From: Candidatus Eiseniibacteriota bacterium
Lineage (GTDB): Bacteria > Eisenbacteria > RBG-16-71-46
Direction of reading: 5' to 3'
Length of the DNA: 64,000 nt
Assembly (NCBI GenBank): GCA_963776245.1
Contig: CAVZLN010000006.1
Coordinates: forward strand, 256,001-320,000
Position numbers and translations under genes: made by a program. The notes beneath the pieces were generated by a model that did no database searches, was not told the DNA's origin, and saw only the letters and a program-made list of their open reading frames with translations. Positions 20,043 to 31,144 of this stretch are shown in pieces; positions within the stretch are counted from its first letter, which is position 1, and every line of letters starts with the position of its first letter.

Positions 20043-21125
20043 CTACGGACGCCACTCCGCCAGGAACACGTTGGTCTCCCCCGGCACCTTGCCCCCGCGG
20101 TTGGCGCAGAACACCAGCCAGCGCCCGTCGGGGCTGAACATCGGGAAGCCGTCGAAGTCGGGATCGCGCGTCACCGCCTCGGGAGCGCCACCCGCGACAT
20201 CCACCAGGTAGAGGTTGAAGTCCCGCCCGCGCGGCTGGTCCTTGTTGGACGCGTAGATCAGCCGCCGGCCATCGGGGGTGAAGTACGGCGCGAACGAGGC
20301 GCCGGGGTCGTGGGTGACCTGGCGCTTGCCGGTGCCGTCGGCCCGCATCACCCAGAGGTCCATGGCGCCGGGCTTCACCAGGTTCCGCGCCAGCAGGTCC
20401 CGGTAGCGCGCGGTCTCGGCGGAGTCCGCGGGGTGATGGGTGCGCCAGCAGATCCACTTCCCGTCGCGCGAGAAGAACGCGCCGCCGTCATAGCCCGTCT
20501 CGTGCGTGAGCTGGGTGAGCTGGCTGCCGTCGGGGTGCATCTTGAACAGGTTGATGTCCCCCTCGCGCAGCGAGGTGAAGACGATCCAATTCCCGTCGGT
20601 GGAGAGCGTGGCCTCGGCGTCGTAGTCCGGGTTGTCGGTCAGCCGTCTCAGGTCGCTCCCGTCGGGCCGGGCGGTGAAGATGTCGTACGAGGCGTAGACC
20701 GGCCAGGTGTAGCCCTGGCTCATGTCGGGCTCGGGCGGGCAGGCGTCGCCGCCGAGATGGGTCGAGGCGAACAGGATGCGCCGGTCGCGGTCGTAGAAGT
20801 AGCCGCAGGTCGTGCGCCCCTTCCCGGTGCTCACCATCGGCGTGGCGCCGGTGCGCAGGTCGTAGACGTACTGCTGGTCGCAGGTGCGACCGTCGCGTGC
20901 CGACTGGAAGATCAGACGCGTGCCGTCGGCCGACCAGTAGGCCTCGGCGTTCTGCCCGCCGAACGTGAGCTGCCACAGGTGCGCGAAGTGGCGCTCGCCC
21001 GGGCGGATGAGCGAGTCCGCCGGCACCGCGGTGGGCGGCACGGGCGGCGCGCGCCGCGGCGCGGGCGCGGCGGCGACGAGGACGAGGGCGGCCAGCGCGA
21101 GGAGTGTGCCGACACGAGACCTCAT
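20043..21125 (-). CDS. Secreted TolB-like PD40 beta-propeller protein
   Basis: Signal peptide, QLTFGGQNAEAYWS, STGKGRTTCGYF, YDAEAT and FDGFPMFSPDG. Confidence 0.88.
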   Translation of the reverse strand: MRSRVGTLLALAALVLVAAAPAPRRAPPVPPTAVPADSLIRPGERHFAHLWQLTFGGQNAEAYWSADGTRLIFQSARDGRTCDQQYVYDLRTGATPMVSTGKGRTTCGYFYDRDRRILFASTHLGGDACPPEPDMSQGYTWPVYASYDIFTARPDGSDLRRLTDNPDYDAEATLSTDGNWIVFTSLREGDINLFKMHPDGSQLTQLTHETGYDGGAFFSRDGKWICWRTHHPADSAETARYRDLLARNLVKPGAMDLWVMRADGTGKRQVTHDPGASFAPYFTPDGRRLIYASNKDQPRGRDFNLYLVDVAGGAPEAVTRDPDFDGFPMFSPDGRWLVFCANRGGKVPGETNVFLAEWRP

Positions 21126-22957
21126 GGTCTCCTTCCCAGCGTGGCGACGATCTCGACCTGCTGGCCGCCGCGCTTGATGGTGACGCGCACCTGCTGCCCG
21201 GGCTTCCGGGAGCGGAGCGCGTAGGTGTAATCGTAGAGGTTGTCGATGAGGATGCCGTCGAACTTCACCAGCACGTCGCCCTCCCGGAGCCCCGCGGCCT
21301 CGGCCGGGCTCTTGTCGCGCACCCCCGAGAGCAGCACGCCGCCCTCGCTCTGGCTGAAGTCGGGGATGGTCCCCAGATAGGCGCCGCCGTAACCGCGCCC
21401 GGCGGCCATGCGACCCGCGGCGCTGTCGGCCTCCGCCTTGCGCCACCGCGGGCGCGGTCGCGCGTCGAGCGACTCGATCAGCGCCGCCGCGAACCCCGCC
21501 ACGCGCGCGAGCCCGCGGGTAGTCCAGCTTGTCCCAGGTGTCGCTCGGCTTGTGGTAGTCGCCATGGGCGCCGGTGAAGAGCATGAGCACCGGGACCTGC
21601 CGCTTGTAGAACGACGAGTGGTCGCTCGGCCCGTAGCCATCGCTCGAGGGCTTCAACCGGAAGCCCGCCCCCGCGTTCACGCGCTCCACCAGTCCCGGGA
21701 ACTCGTCCGCGGTGCCGGTGCCCATCACCATCAGCTTGTCGTCCTTCAGGCGGCCGACCATGTCCATGTTGATCATGGCCTCGACCGTGTTCATCGGCCG
21801 GGGCGGGTCGTCGACGAAGTGCGAGGAGCCCAGCACCCCGCTCTCCTCGCCCGTGAACGACGCGAACACCAGCTCGTGCTCGGGCCGCCAGCCGTGCTTC
21901 ACCCGCAGCGCCAGCGCCCGCGCCACCTCGAGCAGCGCCGCGGTGCCCGAGGCATTGTCGTCGGCGCCCAGGTGCGGGCACGTGGCGGTTGTCGAGCGAG
22001 GACTCGCCGCCGTACCCGAGATGATCGTAGTGCGCGCCGATCACCAGGGTCCGCAGGGTGTCGCGGCCCGGCAGCCGGCCGACCACGTTGGCGATGCGCG
22101 CGCGGGTGCGCCGCAGCGTCACCGCGAGGGTCGCCGAGTCCCGGAGCGCGAACGAGCGCGGCTGGTCGTCCGTCCTCGATGGCGTTCTGAGCCGCGGCGA
22201 CCGAACTGCCCACGCCCTTCAGCAGCGCGTCCGCCACCCGCTCCGAGACCTGCACCGCCAGCAGCCCGCTGGACATGTAGCCGGTGCGCTCGGTGCGCGG
22301 CGGGCGCGGCGGCTCGCCGGCGTGGAACCGCGGACCGTTCACCACGATCAGGCCGAGCGCGCCGTGCTCGCGCGCGTTGATCGCCTTGGTGCGCAGTTCG
22401 GCGAACGGCGTGTTCACGGTGCCGTCGAAGCGGCTGGTGGAGTCGTTCTCGCCCGGCTCCTGGGTGAGCACCAGCACCAGCTTGTCGCGCACCTCGAGGC
22501 CGGCGTAGTCGTCCCATCCCAGCCCGGTCGCGGTGATGCCATAGCCGGCGAACACCACCGGCGCCGCCAGCGTGCCGTTGGTGGAGAAGCCGAGCGGCTG
22601 GAGATCGTCGCCGGGCGACACCCGCAGCCCGGCGGCGTCCACCTCGGTGGGCGCGTCCACCTCCACGCCGGTGGTGACCTCGAACGGCTGGCGCCAGGTG
22701 CCGTCGTCGCCCGCGGGCCGCAGCCCGAGCGCCCGCATGCGCCGCTCGAGATACGCCGCGGCGCTGTCGAGCCCCGCGGTGCCCACCCCGCGGCCCTCGC
22801 GCGCCGGGTCGGCGAGCCAGCGCACGGTCTCCTTCAGCACCACGCTGTCGGGCGCCGCACCCGGCCGGCGCGCGGCGTGGCCCGCGACCGGGGCGAGCAT
22901 CCCGAGCGCGAGCGCGAGCCACGCGACTCGGCGCGCGAGCGGGCGCGCATCCGCCAT
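21122..22957 (-). CDS. M28 family aminopeptidase with PA and C-terminal PDZ domains (several frameshifts)
   Basis: IGAHYDHLG, GADDNASG, FTGEESG, NMDMVGR, SDHSSF and HGDYHKPSD. PDZ segment YLGTIPDF. Confidence 0.88.
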
Positions 22958-22965
22958 CGCGGCCC

Positions 22966-23790
22966 TCACGGCGTCTCCTCCCACAGCATGCGCATGCCCT
23001 TCAGCGTCAGGCCCTCGTCCACGATGTTGATGGTCTCGCACTCGGGGGCCAGCGCCTTGGCCCAGCCGCCGGTGGCGATGACGTGCGGGGTGCCCCGCAT
23101 CTCGAGCGTGAGCCGGCGCACCAGCGCGTCGATCTGTCCGGCGGCGCCCCACAGCACGCCGGCGCGCAGCGACTCCTCGGTGGTGCGGCCGAGCGCGCGC
23201 ATCGGGCGGCGCAGCTCCACGCGCGGCAGCCGGGCCGCCTTGCGGAACAGCTCCTCCGCCGAGGTGCCCACGCCGGGCGCGATGGCGCCGCCGAGATAGG
23301 CCCCCGCCTTCGAGATGCAATCGAAGGTGGTCGCGGTGCCGAGGTCCACCACGATCGCGGGCGTGCCGTAGATGGCGCGCGCGGCGATCGCGTTGGCGAT
23401 CCGGTCGGCGCCCACCGCGCTCTTGTCGTGGTAGCGGATGTCGAGCGAGGTCACGGTGGCCGCGCTGATCTCGAGCGGCGGCCGGCCGGTGCGCTGTTCG
23501 AGCGCCTGCGCCCACGCCAGCGTGAGCGAGGGCACCACCGAGCACAGCACCGCGCCGGCGTGCTGCGTCCCGTCGGCGCCGTGGCGCCGCAGCAGCAGTT
23601 CGAGCGCCACCAGCGCCTCGTCCGCGGTCATGCGCCCGCTGGTGAGCCGCCACATGCGCTCCAGCGACTCGCCGCGGAAGTGCCCGACCACGGTGTCGCT
23701 GTTGCCGATGTCCACCGCGATGACACGCGCCTCGGCGCGCCCGCGCGCGCGGCGCGGATTCGCGGCGCTCTTGTGCTGGAGATCCGGCAT
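22966..23790 (-). CDS. coaX: Type III pantothenate kinase
   Basis: VDIGNS, VGADRIAN, VVDLGTATTFD, GGAIAPG and IATGG. Confidence 0.95.
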   Translation of the reverse strand: MPDLQHKSAANPRRARGRAEARVIAVDIGNSDTVVGHFRGESLERMWRLTSGRMTADEALVALELLLRRHGADGTQHAGAVLCSVVPSLTLAWAQALEQRTGRPPLEISAATVTSLDIRYHDKSAVGADRIANAIAARAIYGTPAIVVDLGTATTFDCISKAGAYLGGAIAPGVGTSAEELFRKAARLPRVELRRPMRALGRTTEESLRAGVLWGAAGQIDALVRRLTLEMRGTPHVIATGGWAKALAPECETINIVDEGLTLKGMRMLWEETP

Positions 23791-23802
23791 CGTCGCCCCC
23801 CG

Positions 23803-24594
23803 TCACTCGGCGCCGCGCGGCGACTGCCGCCGGCGCCACACGAACCACGACAAACCGATGCTGAGGAAGTAGAGCGCGACCATCGGCACACCCATGACCA
23901 GTTGCGCCGTCACGACGTCGCCGGGCGTGATGATCGCGGTGGCGAGGAACGTGAGCACGATGGCGATGCGCCACTGCCGGACCAGGAACCGCGGGGTCAC
24001 CAGCCCGATCGCGGTGAGCGTCATGAGCACCAGCGGCAGCTGGAACACCAGCCCGCACGCCAGCGCCATGTTGTACACGAACGAGGTGAGCTCGCCGAGC
24101 CGGATCATGCCCTTCATGTTCGGCGTCATGAAGCCCGACAGCACCTGGACCACCAGCGGCACCACGTAGCCGTAGGCCGCCCACACCCCGAGCCCGAACA
24201 GGATCATCGAGGCGAACGTCATCGGCAGGATCCAGCGGCGCTCGCGCCGGAACAGCCCGGGCGCGACGAAGCGCCAGATCTGGTAGAACACGTAGGGCGC
24301 GGCGACCACCACGCCGAGGATGAGCGTGAGCTTGATCCGCTCGTTGAAGGCCTCGAGCGGCGACAGCACGACCGCCTCCTTGACGGTGCGGCGGATCACG
24401 TCCTCGAGCACCCGCGGCGCCAGCCACCACCCCGCCAGCGCGCCCACCACTGCGCCGCCGATCGAATGGAGCAGCACCCGGCGCAGCTCCTCGAGGTGCG
24501 CGAGGAACGGCATCTCGCCGCTCTGGCGCGGATCGAGCGGCGGCGCGTCGTCCGCGCGGTCGAGCGGGGGGCCGGCGTGCGGGAACTCGGTCAT
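23803..24594 (-). CDS. tatC: Twin-arginine translocase TatC
   Basis: MPFLAHLEELRR, YQIWRFVAPGL, FQLP, AIITPGD and multiple TM segments. Confidence 0.95.
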   Translation of the reverse strand: MTEFPHAGPPLDRADDAPPLDPRQSGEMPFLAHLEELRRVLLHSIGGAVVGALAGWWLAPRVLEDVIRRTVKEAVVLSPLEAFNERIKLTLILGVVVAAPYVFYQIWRFVAPGLFRRERRWILPMTFASMILFGLGVWAAYGYVVPLVVQVLSGFMTPNMKGMIRLGELTSFVYNMALACGLVFQLPLVLMTLTAIGLVTPRFLVRQWRIAIVLTFLATAIITPGDVVTAQLVMGVPMVALYFLSIGLSWFVWRRRQSPRGAE

Positions 24595-25418
24595 CGCGCG
24601 CGCTCCACCGGCCACGCCACCTCGAGGTCGCCCGCCAGCACCGTGGTCTCGCGCCCGTCGGGGAGGGTGATCACGAGCGCGCCGTCGGCGTCCAGCGTGC
24701 GCGCCACGCCGTCGAGCGGACCGGCCGGGGTGCGCACCGTGACCGGGTGGCCCCAGAAGGTGGCGCGCGCGCGCCAGCGGTCCAGCGCCCGCGCGCGTGC
24801 GCCCTCCCCCGGCACGCCCCACAGCGGCTCGAGCCGCGACAGGAAGTCCGCCGCCACCTGCTCGCGCGTCAGGGTGTGCCCCTCGAGCGCCAGCGAGGTG
24901 GCGAGCCCCGCCACGCCGGGCGCGAAGTCCTCCGCGCGCTGGCTCACGTTCACCCCCACGCCCACCACGGCGGCCCCGCCCACGCGACCGTCCCCCGGCG
25001 CGAGCGGCGCGCGGCGGCTCTCGGCCAGGATGCCCGAGAGCTTGCGCTCGCCCGCCAGCAGGTCGTTGGGCCACTTCAGGCGCGTGGCCACCCCGAGCCC
25101 CTCGAGCGCCTCGGCCAGCGCCAGTCCGGCGACCAGCGGAAGCGTGCTCGCCGACCTCAGGTCGGCGCCGAGATGGAGCGCCACCGAGAGCGCCAGCCCG
25201 CGACCGGGGGCGGTGTGCCACACGCGCCCGTCGCGGCCGCGGCCGCGCGTCTGCGCGTCGGCGATCACCACCGTGCCATCGGGCGCGCCGGCGGCCAGCG
25301 CCTCCCACGCCACGTCGTTGGTGGACTCCACCGCGTCGCGCGTGATGAGCGAGCGCCCCAGGCGCCGGGTCGTGAGCCGCGCCGTGAACGCCGCGCGGTC
25401 GAAGGTCGGGTCAGCCAA
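24591..25418 (-). CDS. birA: Biotin--[acetyl-CoA-carboxylase] ligase (no N-terminal HTH)
   Basis: STND, QTRGRGRDGRVW, LKWPNDL, KLSGILAE and GVGVNV. Confidence 0.93.
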   Translation of the reverse strand: MADPTFDRAAFTARLTTRRLGRSLITRDAVESTNDVAWEALAAGAPDGTVVIADAQTRGRGRDGRVWHTAPGRGLALSVALHLGADLRSASTLPLVAGLALAEALEGLGVATRLKWPNDLLAGERKLSGILAESRRAPLAPGDGRVGGAAVVGVGVNVSQRAEDFAPGVAGLATSLALEGHTLTREQVAADFLSRLEPLWGVPGEGARARALDRWRARATFWGHPVTVRTPAGPLDGVARTLDADGALVITLPDGRETTVLAGDLEVAWPVERAR

Positions 25419-26304
25419 TCTCCTCGATCTCCAGGCTGAGGTCGAGCGCGGGCGCCGAGTGCGTGAGCGCGCCGACCGATAGGTAGTCCACGCCGGTCTC
25501 GGCGTAGGTGCGGGCGGATTCCAGGTGGATGCCTCCCGAGGCCTCGATCTGCGGCCACCGCCGCGCGCCGGGGAGCATCCGCGAGCTGTCGGGCGGATGC
25601 GCCTGGCACCAGCGGTCCACTTCCTCGACGGCGCGCCGCAACTCGGCGGGCGGCCGGTTGTCGACCAGGATGCGGTCCACCTCCGGACGCAGCGCCTCGC
25701 GCAACTGGTCGAGCGACTCGACCTCGACCTCGAGCAGCAGGTCGCCCTGACGGGTGCGCAGGATGCGCTCGAGCGCCGGGGTGATGCCGCCCGCGGCGCG
25801 GATATGGTTGTCCTTGAGCAGGTACATGTCCCACAGCGCCAGCCGGTGGTTCTCGCCGCCTCCGCAGCGGACCGCGTACTTCTCGAGGAATCGCAGTCCG
25901 GGGGTGGTCTTGCGGGTGTCGAGGATGGTGGCGCCGGTGCCGCGGATGGCCTCGACGTAGCGGCGCGTGAGCGAGGCCACCCCGCTCAGGTGCTGCAGGA
26001 AGTTGAGCGCGGTGCGCTCGCCCTTGAGGATGCCGCCGACGTCGCCGGTGATCTGCGCCACCGCGACGCCCGGCGCGAGCGTGTCGCCGTCGGCGGCGAG
26101 GGAGCGGAACTTGAGCGTCGGTGAGGCCTCGCGGAACGTCAGGCGCGCCACGTCGAGCCCGGCGAGCACGCCCGCCTCCTTGGCGACGATCACGGCCCGC
26201 GCGTTCACGCCCGACTTCACGGCGTTGAGCGTGGTGATGTCGCCGGTGCCGATGTCCTCCGAGAGCGCGTATCGTACGATGGGCAGCGCGACGGTCTCGA
26301 GCAT
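25411..26304 (-). CDS. nadC: Nicotinate-nucleotide diphosphorylase (QPRTase)
   Basis: EDIGTGDIT, ERTALNFLQ, DTRKTTPG, LLKDNHI, EVEVE and GALTHSA. Confidence 0.95.
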   Translation of the reverse strand: MLETVALPIVRYALSEDIGTGDITTLNAVKSGVNARAVIVAKEAGVLAGLDVARLTFREASPTLKFRSLAADGDTLAPGVAVAQITGDVGGILKGERTALNFLQHLSGVASLTRRYVEAIRGTGATILDTRKTTPGLRFLEKYAVRCGGGENHRLALWDMYLLKDNHIRAAGGITPALERILRTRQGDLLLEVEVESLDQLREALRPEVDRILVDNRPPAELRRAVEEVDRWCQAHPPDSSRMLPGARRWPQIEASGGIHLESARTYAETGVDYLSVGALTHSAPALDLSLEIEEIG

Positions 26305-26306
26305 GG

Positions 26307-28410
26307 TCAGCGATCCGGTCCGAAGCGTCGTGCGATGCGCCGCGGCTCGTCCGCGGGACGTCCGCCGCGGCTGCCGCGGCCGGTGGGGCGCCGTGCGGCC
26401 CCGGTGACGCCCAGCGACGCCGCGCCCGCGAGCGTCGCGCGGATCTCGTCGGCCCGGTCGCGCAGCGAGGCGGCGCGCTCGAACTCGAGCCGCTTGGCCG
26501 CCGCGAGCATCTCCTCCTCGAGCCGGGCGATCAGCACCTGCGCGTCTTCGGCCTCGGCCGCGCCCACCAGCGCCTGCACGTCGTCGCCCGCGCTCGCTCC
26601 GATCGCGTCCGCCACCGAGGTGGAGCGCATCACGTCCTCGACGCTCTTCACCACCGAGCGCGGCGTGATGCCGTGCTCGGCGTTGTACGCCAGCTGCTTC
26701 GCGCGCCGGCGCCCGGTCTCGTCGATCGCGCGGCGCATCGAGTCGGTGACGGCGTCGGCGTAGAGGATGACGTGGCCGTTCAGATGGCGCGCGGCGCGGC
26801 CCGCGGTCTGGATCAGCGAGCGCTCGCTGCGCAGGAAGCCCTCCTTGTCGGCGTCGAGGATCGCCACCAGCGAGACCTCGGGAAGGTCGAGACCCTCGCG
26901 CAGCAGGTTGATGCCCACCAGCACGTCGAACTCCTCGAGCCGCAGGCCGCGCAGGATCTCCACGCGTTCGAGCGCGTCGATGTCGCTGTGCAGGTAGCGC
27001 ACGCGCACCCCCGCCTCGTGCAGGTAGTCGGTGAGGTCCTCGGCCATGCGCTTGGTGAGGGTGGTGACCAGCACGCGCTCGTGGGCCGCGACGCGCAGCC
27101 GGATCTCGCCCAGCAGGTCGTCCACCTGGCCCGGCGACCGGGCGCACGTCGAGCTCCGGGTCCACCAGCCCGGTGGGCCGGATGATCTGCTCCACCACCA
27201 CGCCCCGGGTCTGCCGCAGCTCGAGGTCGGCGGGCGTCGCCGAGACGAAGATCATGGACTTCGCCAGCGCCTCGAACTCGTCGAAGCGCAGCGGGCGGTT
27301 GTCGAGCGCCGAGGGCAGGCGGAAGCCGAAATCCACCAGCGTCTGCTTGCGCGAACGGTCGCCCTCGTACATCCCGCCGATCTGCGGCAGGGTGACATGG
27401 GACTCGTCGATGATCACCAGGAAGTCGTCCGCGAAGTAGTCGAGCAGGCAGCCCGGACGCTCGCCCGGCGCGCGGCCCGAGAGGTGGCGCGAGTAGTTCT
27501 CGACCCCCTGGCAGGTGCCGGTCGCGGCGAGCATCTCGAGATCGTACTCGGTGCGCTGCTGGAGCCGCTGCGCCTCGAGCAGCTGGCCCGCGGCACGGAA
27601 GCGCGCGAGCTGTTCGCGCAGCTCCGCGCGGATGCCGTCGAGCGCGGCGTGGATGCGCGGCTCGGGCGTGACGAAATGCTTGGCCGGGTAGAGCGCGAGG
27701 CGCTCCATGCGGCGCTTCGCCTGCCCGGTCACCGGGTCCACGGCGGACAGCCGCGACACCACCTCGTCCTCCAGCTCGATGCGCACGATCACGTCGTCGT
27801 AGGCGGGGTGCACCTCGACCACGTCGCCCCGCACCCGGAAGCATCCGCGCCCGACCTCGATGTCGTTGCGCTGGTACTGGATCGCGACCAGGCGCTCGAG
27901 CAGGTCCTTGCGGCGCATCGGCTCGCCGGTGGCGAGATCCACGCGCAGGTGCTTCCAGTCCGCGGGGGTGCCGAGGCCGTAGATGCACGACACGCTCGCC
28001 ACCACCACCGCCTGGTCCTGCTCGAGCAGCATCGAGGTCGCCTGCAGGCGCAGCCGGTCGATGTCGTCGTTGATGCTGGCGTCCTTGGCGATGTAGGTGT
28101 TGGTCGCCGGGACGTAGGCCTCGGGCTGGTAGTAGTCGTAGTACGAGATGAAGTAGCCCACCGCGTTCTCGGGGAAGAACTGCTTGAACTCCCCGTAGAG
28201 CTGCGCCGCCAGCGTCTTGTTGTGCGAGATCACCAGCGCCGGGCGTCCCCACTGGGCGATCACGTTGGCGATGGTGAACGTCTTGCCCGACCCGGTGACC
28301 CCGAGCAGGACCTGGCGCCGCTCGCCACGACGCAGGCCGTCGGCCAGCGCGGCGATGGCCTCGGGCTGGTCGCCGCGCGGCGGGTATGGGGCACGGAGGG
28401 TGTACGCCAT
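26307..28410 (-). CDS. uvrB: Excinuclease ABC subunit B (one frameshift near 27130)
   Basis: [43 protein letters not shown] and a C-terminal UVR motif. Confidence 0.96.
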
Positions 28411-28466
28411 GGGCCGCCGATGCTACCCGAGGCGCGCCGGGCGGTCGAGGGCGGGCTGGGCCACGG

Positions 28467-29828
28467 CTACCAGCGCACGCGCACCGTGTAGGCGAGCGTC
28501 ACCTGCTGACCGGCCGCGACCGGGACCTCGAAGCGCACGGTGTTGGCGTCCTTGCGGGTCCACGCCAGGCTGCTCTTGAGGATCTCCCAGTCGCCCGGGA
28601 CGTTCTCCTCGACCGCGATGACGACGTTCGTCTTCTTGCGGTCGCGCAGCGTGATCTCCACGCTCTGCTCGCGCTCGCGGTCGGAGATGCGACGGTCCTC
28701 GAGCGGCCTGCGTTCGGCCACCAGGTCGAACGCTCGACCCACCTCGAGCGTGAGGGTCTCGCCCTCGGCGGTGTGCCCGATCGTGGTCTCGCCGGCGAAC
28801 TGGAGCGCGCCCGCGGCGTCCGCCTCGTAGGTGCGCACGCGCCCGGCGGGCAGCGGCACCCCGAGCCCGGCGTCCTTCGCGTTCTTCAGCACCAGCTGGA
28901 TGCGCACCCCCTGCCCGTCGCCGCCGCGGAACAGGTAGCGCGGAGTCACCTTCACCTCACGGGGCTCGAGCATCACCAGACTCTGGGTCTCGCGGTCGCG
29001 CAGCGTCGCGGGCTCGGGCAGGGCGTAGAGGTGGTACTCGGAGAAGTCCTGCTCCTGGAGCAGGCGCTTCTCCATGGGTGCCACGCCATCGGCCGCCATC
29101 AGCATCGCCGCGCGCGGCACCGGCGACGGCGACGGCGGCTCGCGCCGCGGGTCGCCCGCCACCAGCTTGAGATCCGCCCCCACGAAGTCGCGGCCGGTGG
29201 TGTTCTCCACCTGCACCGTGGCCGACCAGGTCCCGACCGACTCGCCGCGGCGCACCAGCACGTGCTCGGCGCTCCACGACAGACCGCCGGTGAGGTAGGA
29301 CAACTCGGCGGTCGCGCGCCCGCGCCGGCCGCCCTCGAGCACCGCCTCGACCGCGGGCCGCAGCGCCGGCGCGGCGGACGGCGTGACCAGGCGCACCACC
29401 TCGACCGCGGCGCGCGCCAGCGTGGAGATCGCGCCGTCGTCGCCGCGCACCACCAGCCAGCTCCCGTCGGCCGCGACCAGCACGCCCTCGGTGACGCGGT
29501 CGCCGCGCCCCGTCACTCGCACCCGCGCGCCGCGCGCGCGCTCGATCAGGCCGTCGCCGCTCGCCACGTCGAAGCGCCAGGCGAGCCGCGCCACCCGCGC
29601 GCCACCTTCGGGAGCCACGCGCAGCGACGTGAAGTCGAGGCGCTCGGCGACGTCCTCGAAGCGCACCGTGTCGCGCGCGCCGGTGAGCTCGAAGGCGCGG
29701 GTCTCGCGCACCAGCGCGAGGTCGCGCGAGTACACGGTGACGGCCGGGCCCGCCGCGGCGGTGGCGGCGGACAGCGACAGGGCCACCGCGAGCGCGGCGC
29801 GGCCCGGGGAGACGGCTCGGGATCCCAT
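28467..29828 (-). CDS. Secreted DUF4139-domain protein
   Basis: Signal peptide, VTVYSRDLALVRETR, LSYLTGGLSWSA, YHLY, LGVPLPAGRVR and GRAFD. Confidence 0.8.
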   Translation of the reverse strand: MGSRAVSPGRAALAVALSLSAATAAAGPAVTVYSRDLALVRETRAFELTGARDTVRFEDVAERLDFTSLRVAPEGGARVARLAWRFDVASGDGLIERARGARVRVTGRGDRVTEGVLVAADGSWLVVRGDDGAISTLARAAVEVVRLVTPSAAPALRPAVEAVLEGGRRGRATAELSYLTGGLSWSAEHVLVRRGESVGTWSATVQVENTTGRDFVGADLKLVAGDPRREPPSPSPVPRAAMLMAADGVAPMEKRLLQEQDFSEYHLYALPEPATLRDRETQSLVMLEPREVKVTPRYLFRGGDGQGVRIQLVLKNAKDAGLGVPLPAGRVRTYEADAAGALQFAGETTIGHTAEGETLTLEVGRAFDLVAERRPLEDRRISDREREQSVEITLRDRKKTNVVIAVEENVPGDWEILKSSLAWTRKDANTVRFEVPVAAGQQVTLAYTVRVRW

Positions 29829-29908
29829 GGCATCCTCCTGCTGGGTGGGAAAACGTCGGCATCCTACCCTACGCCGCGGGCGCGGGAATCTTCCCGGCGC
29901 GACCCGGC

Positions 29909-30794
29909 TCAGGGGGCGAGCCGCTCACGGAAGGTGCGCGGCTCGAAGCGCGCGACGATGGCGCGCAGGCTGTCCTCGAGCAACGCGAGCTTGGCGGCGA
30001 GCGGCCGGTCCATGCCCGGATGCTTCGCCAGCCGCGGGTCGACGCGGTCCTCGGTCAGCCCCAGGGCGTCCACCGCGTGGAGCGGGTACGAGAGCGGCTG
30101 GCCGTGCGCGGCCAGCGCGTCGAGCGCCGCGGTGAAGCGCTTCTCGGGCAGCACGTAGCGCAGGCGTGTGGTAGACCGGCATGCGCAGCAGACCGTGCAC
30201 CGAGAGCGGGAACTCCTCGAGCACGTCCGCGCCGATGCCGACCCGGTGCGGCAGGCGCTCGAGGTCGAACGGCCACAGCCTCAACCGCAGCACGCCGCGC
30301 GGGTCGCCGCTCTTGGAGGCGAGCAGCAGGCGCGCGGCGGCGAGCAGCGGCGTCGGGTAGCCGGACGCGTCGTACCGGTAGCCGGCCCGGGCGAGCGCCG
30401 CCAGCGTGCGGACGTCCATGTCGAAGTTGGGGGCGCGGAACCCCACCACCTCGCCCCCACACGCCGCCGCGAGCGTGGCACGCGAGCCCGCGGTCTCGCG
30501 CTCCAGCGCGTCGGGGCCCAGGCGCGTGATCGCCAGCGGATGGGTGGCGGAGTGGCTCGCGACCTCGTGCCCCTCCGCCACCATCGATCGCAGCGCGTCC
30601 GCGTGCGCGACCCCGTCGCGCCCCACCACGAACAGCGTCGCGCGCACGCCGGTGCGGGCGAACAGCTCGTGCAATCGCGGCAGCGCGGTGGTGTACGCGA
30701 GCGGGTCGGGCTCCAGCCCGCGCCAGCCGTAGCCGTCGAGATGCAGATCGACCGGATCGACGTCCACGCTCACGGTCACGACGGGGCGGGTCAT
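29909..30794 (-). CDS. Polysaccharide deacetylase family protein (frameshift near 30165)
   Basis: VSVDVD, RATLFVVG, GHEVASHSATH, GFRAP and YRYDAS. Confidence 0.85.
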
Positions 30795-31018
30795 GCGGGG
30801 CCCTCGAGGGTCATGGCGGCGCCCCTGCGGGCACGGCCGGCGCGCAGCATACGGAGGGGCTGGCGCGCGGGCAATGCGGACCGCGCCCGCCGCGGCCTCG
30901 AGCGGCCGTGCGGAGGCGGCCGCGCGGGCGACTTCCGGGTTGCCTCCCCGGCCCCCGCCGCGTACCCTGCGACCCTTCATCGACGGTCAGATGGCCCCGA
31001 CCCCGGGCCTTCGCCACC

Positions 31019-31046
31019 TTCAGCCTGCCCGCCCGCGCGCCGATAA
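31019..31046 (+). promoter_or_regulatory. sigma28 (FliA/WhiG-type) promoter of the oxidoreductase-wecB-GT operon
   Basis: TTCAG-N15-GCCGATAA with a perfect consensus -10, about 100 bp upstream of the ATG at 31145. Confidence 0.65.
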
Positions 31047-31144
31047 CGTATGCGATCGGGAGCGTCACGCCCGGGGACGCGGGCCGAGGCGTGAGACGCC
31101 GGCCCAGGAGCATCCGCATACCTGGTTCTCGGCAGGAAGGTGGC